Of a stretch of 64,000 nucleotides of DNA, positions 60,152 through 64,000 are shown one piece after another. The notes below the pieces were generated by a model, which saw only the letters and a list, made by a program, of their open reading frames with translations, was not told the origin of the DNA and did not search any database. The DNA comes from Octopus vulgaris. Taxonomy: Eukaryota. Made by a program: the position numbers and the translations under genes. The stretch is from contig OX597837.1 of the NCBI GenBank assembly GCA_951406725.2, forward strand, positions 15,810,001-15,874,000, read 5' to 3'. Numbering within the stretch: position 1 is the first letter of the stretch; every line of letters begins with the position of its first letter.

Positions 60152-61964
60152 CGGATAGATAGATAGGTAGATAGATAGACAGACTGGTAATAAAATAAAT
60201 TTTATGCGCCAACATAATTTTTTTAAAAAGTAATGGCTAATGCAGGGAGAATTTTAAGGAACTGGTTGGAAATAATGATGTAGTGAAACACAGAGAGCGA
60301 TAGACAAGTTATTTTATTTTATTAAAGACCATTAAAAAAGCCTTAAATAGAAATATGTAATGTGGTGAGATACAGAGTTAATCAGACAAGTGCGTGTCAA
60401 TATATTTAATTCAAGAAGCCTTAAAAAATTAACTTGAAGTAACTGGTGGGAGACAGAGTGACAAGGAGCAGTTAAAGACGGGGAAAAAATTCAGTTTATT
60501 TAATAAAAGGAAACAGAAAATGCTAACCAGAAATAATTATGAGAGAGAGAGAGAGAGAGAGAAAGAGAGATAGAGTTAAGTTATTTTAATGGAGAAGGGC
60601 ATTAAAAGAAAAAAAAGCTCAACTCGAAATATGTGCTGACACAGATTGATAGACAAGCAAGTATGTGTCTTTTTAGTCGACGCAGGAAAGGATTAAAAAT
60701 AATTTTGAAATAATTACGTGATAAGACAGATTGACTGACAGACACACAGACTGAAGAGCAGTGGTTAGGGTTAGCATTAACAAATTTAATACACTCAACA
60801 TATGAGGTTAACAAGAAAAATAAATATTCAGACCGAGTGAAATTTATTGTAAAGTTCCCGGCGAACACGGACTTTAAAACCTTTCGGGGAAAAAACGTAG
60901 TTTAGTAAATTCGACCCTTTTCTCGGTATTGAACCAATTAACAAATGTTTTTGTTATTCTTAAACTCGCTAACCCTTTTGATGACAGTCCCTGGTTCTCG
61001 GGTGCAAACTTCTCCTGTTTTTAAGTAATCACATATATTAAACCTTCCGTCAAAACTTCGTTTATGATTTAGTTTTAATTAACACCGTAATATAAAACTA
61101 TTTTATTAACTAACACCGAAATGATAAAGTTGTTTAATTAAATTTTTCATTATTTAAAAAATTAGTAACAGAAACAAAATGTATTTCAAGAAATACGTTA
61201 ACATTAAATTTCGTTTTTGGATTTGGTTTGCAAAATTCTTTACCGGTGAATTATAAGGCACAAAAAGAAACTGACTCTCCCCAGACACAACGTTAACATT
61301 AAGGTTAATCCATAATTCTGTAAAATTTTGGCCCAAAGCCAGCAATCTCAAAGGGAAGGGGTAAGTCGATTAGATCGGTCACAATGCTTAGCTGGCACTT
61401 TATTCTACCGACCCCGAAAGCATGAAAGGCAAAGCTGGTGTTGAACTCAGAACGTCAAAAACCGGAAAAATGCTGCCAAGCAAATTCCGTGCGACTCGCT
61501 GACGGATCAGTCAGCTCAGCACCGCCTTAATCTGGTTTAAAGCAGCGAGGGTAGGGCAGAAATGAATAACACTAGTGTTACGTAGAAGCAGAAAGCGAGA
61601 GGGATTAACCAAATTAATATTAACATATTTAATGCAGTAAACATTGAAATGTTGATTAGCAATAATTACGGGTGAGACTGACAAGTAACAAAGTGTTTAT
61701 TTCATGAAGGAGAAACATTAGCGTAAAAATAAACGGGGAACAGTTATTTAATGGGAGAGAGAGAGAGAGTGAGGAGAACGAACAGATAGTCAGGCCAGAC
61801 GTGTTAGTATTAAAATATTGCGAGGAGTGTATTTAAAAAGCAAACAAGAAAAGAGGATGATTGGAAAAACAATGAGTCATTGACAAATATTTCGAATCGT
61901 TTGGTTGAGAACAGGAGACAATTGCTGGGAGGTCTTGGGTGTTTCAGATCTCCTCCTCCCCCTC

Positions 61965-62200
61965 ATCATTTAACGTCCGTTGTCCATGCTGGCATGGGTT
62001 GGACGGTTTGACTGAGGGCTGGCAAGGCTGCACCAGACTCCACTCTGATTTGGCAAGGTTACTACGGCTGGATGCCCTTCCTAATGCCAACCACTCCGAG
62101 AGTGTAATGGGTGGTTTTATGTGCCACCGACATGGGTGCCATCCGCATGACACTGGTATCTGTCACAACTGCGATTTTACTTGGCTTGACGAGTCTTCCT
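61965..62200 (-). mobile_element. SINE-like repeat with (GAT)n tail
   Basis: catttaacgtccgttgtccatgctggcatgggttggacgg...gctggatgcccttcctaatgccaaccactccgag; copies near 38780, 47750-48180 and 57870. Confidence 0.75.
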
Positions 62201-62266
62201 CTTTCTAAAATTAAATTCCCCAGAACAATTCGATTTTTCTCCATTAATAAACATACATGTATTTAA

Positions 62267-62476
62267 CCTTTTTGAGACACAGTGTTTTGGTATTTGTGAC
62301 CCCAAAAGACCCCAATTTTTTTTCAATTGAGATAATACCTACTGAAAGACAATCTCTGCTTAACTAATTACCCTTCAAAACCAACCGTTCACATCTGTTC
62401 CATTGGATCGGCCTCAAAGTCCTGTCAGCTTGTATCACTTTCGGCCAATCAATCTGTCTGGGTGTCCCAAAAAGGG
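62267..62476. mobile_element. TTAA-flanked MITE (piggyBac-like)
   Basis: TTAA-cctttttgagacac ... gtgtcccaaaaaggg-TTAA. Confidence 0.7.
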
Positions 62477-63234
62477 TTAAAGTCTTCTCTCCTCACGACT
62501 TCAGGAGGAACAATGAAGTCAATATTTTGCTGAAGAAATTTAACAGGACCAAAATAAATCTGGAGTTGTTTCCTACTCTTCAAGAAACCCTAATTCTTTC
62601 AAGCATAGGCACAAGGCCTGGGATTTGGGAAGAGGGGATTAGTCAGTTACATCAACCCCAGGGCTCAATGGGTTTTATCGACCCAGAAAGGATGAAAGGT
62701 AAAATAGAACTCAGTGGAATTTGAACTCAGAATGTAAAGCAGGAAGAAATGGCATTAAGCATTTTCTTTGACATGCAAATGGTTCCGTCAGTTCATCACC
62801 TTTCAAAGAATCATAATAATAATGGTTTCAAATTTTGGCACAAGGCCAGCAATACTGGGTGAAGGGGTTGATGACATCAGCCCCACAATTTGACTGGTAT
62901 TTATTTTATTGACCCCTCCCAAAAGAATGAAAGACAAAGTCAACCCCAGCCTCATTTGAACCCAGAACATAAAGTAGGAAGAAAGGCCACTGAGTGTTTT
63001 GTTGGCAATGGTAAGGACCCTGCAAGCTCACCACCTTTAAGAATCAGAATATTAGTCACTTACTAATGGTTTTTATTGACTAAGTCATTTCTTGCTAGTT
63101 TTTTTTTATATTTCAGATATTGAATATGTTAACACTAACATACCTATTTGTCTGTCTGTCTGTCTATCTACCTACCTACCTACCTACCTATCTATCTATC
63201 TATCTATTTTTTTATTTATTTCCCCATTTAAGTA

Positions 63235-64000
63235 CAGTAGTCACCCGGGATTTGCGGGTGTTACATTCCTAGACCACCTGCAAATAGTGAAAAACCACAA
63301 ATATTGGACATGGTCCATAAAAATGCCTATAAATGTCAAATTATGATGTTATATATATATATATATATATATATATTGATAGAAATGTTAAGACAACAAA
63401 AGAATGAAAGAGACCTCGAAATTATGTAAATAGAGGAACTTATCTGTAAATATAATATGTGACAATTATTCAGTAGCCATGATAAAACTCTGAGTTTCGG
63501 ATGTCGGGGCAGAAACCCATGCTGCCATCTCTTCAGTTATCTGGCCATTTTTTCGATGGCCAAATAATTGTCACATATATAATTTAATAAAAATTAAAGT
63601 AAAATGTACAGTTACTCACCAATAATGAATATTATTGATTTAAGACGATGATGATTAATGACTGCACAGCAAAGAAGATTTAAAGCTCTTCAGATGTTTT
63701 AGGGGATGTCGTATCTTCATGCAAGGCTTTCATGGTGGGCTTAAGGAACACTGTGATGGGAAGTTGTTGTTGTTGTTGTTTCTTCATGGTGGTGAGGAGA
63801 GTTTTACGTCTGCATGGCAGCATCAATGGCATCTTTCAAATGGAGAGACCAAACCATATAGGGATCCCCTGCTTCTGCCTTCCCTTGCAATTCCTTTGCT
63901 GTCCTTAAAAGGTCAGACAGACATCTGATTGCCAGGCCCACCTCATCCGTCACTTCCTCCTCCTCCACTTCGCTGGAAGGCTTCGTTAACTCCAACAGAC
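63235..64000 (-). mobile_element. Tigger/pogo transposon 3' part, degenerate transposase C-terminus
   Basis: TA-CAGTAGTCACCC...GCGG TIR at 63235; peptide ...AKELQGKAEAGDPYMVWSLHLKDAIDAAMQ / KTLLTTMKKQQQQQQLPITVFLK. Confidence 0.75.
63475..63546 (-). ncRNA. Hammerhead-like motif in a palindromic Penelope-type insert nested in the Tigger remnant
   Basis: GATAA-CTGAAGA-GATG..CATC-C-GAAA-CT-CAG-AG-T-T-TTATC; GUU triplet; flanked by inverted atatgtgacaattatt/aataattgtcacatat. Confidence 0.5.

Overview
Eukaryotic, AT-rich, microsatellite- and SINE-dense genomic DNA. The repeat complement resembles a coleoid cephalopod (octopus-like) genome; this is an inference. The main feature is a multi-exon, minus-strand hypoxia-inducible factor alpha (HIF-alpha, bHLH-PAS) gene. 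I traced 13 coding exons by hand from 53849 to the stop at 36027, all with GT-AG sites and compatible phases (6448 nt, about 2148 aa, plus an unlocated first exon). The protein keeps bHLH, PAS-A, PAS-B/PAC, one NODD-like LxxRAP proline and a CEVNAP C-terminal transactivation domain (CTAD). It is unusually large, with a ~290-aa loop inside PAS-A, a 649-codon low-complexity exon, no recognisable CODD, and a four-copy ~55-aa repeat before the CTAD. Introns and flanks carry Tc1, mariner, Tigger, hAT- and piggyBac-type remnants, an RTE LINE tail, several SINE families and Penelope-type fragments with hammerhead-ribozyme motifs. One hammerhead (56301-56347) has an intact catalytic core inside a near-perfect 145-bp inverted repeat. 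The left 30 kb is mostly repeats, with weak signs of a second minus-strand gene. Most ORFs in the supplied track are microsatellite artefacts.
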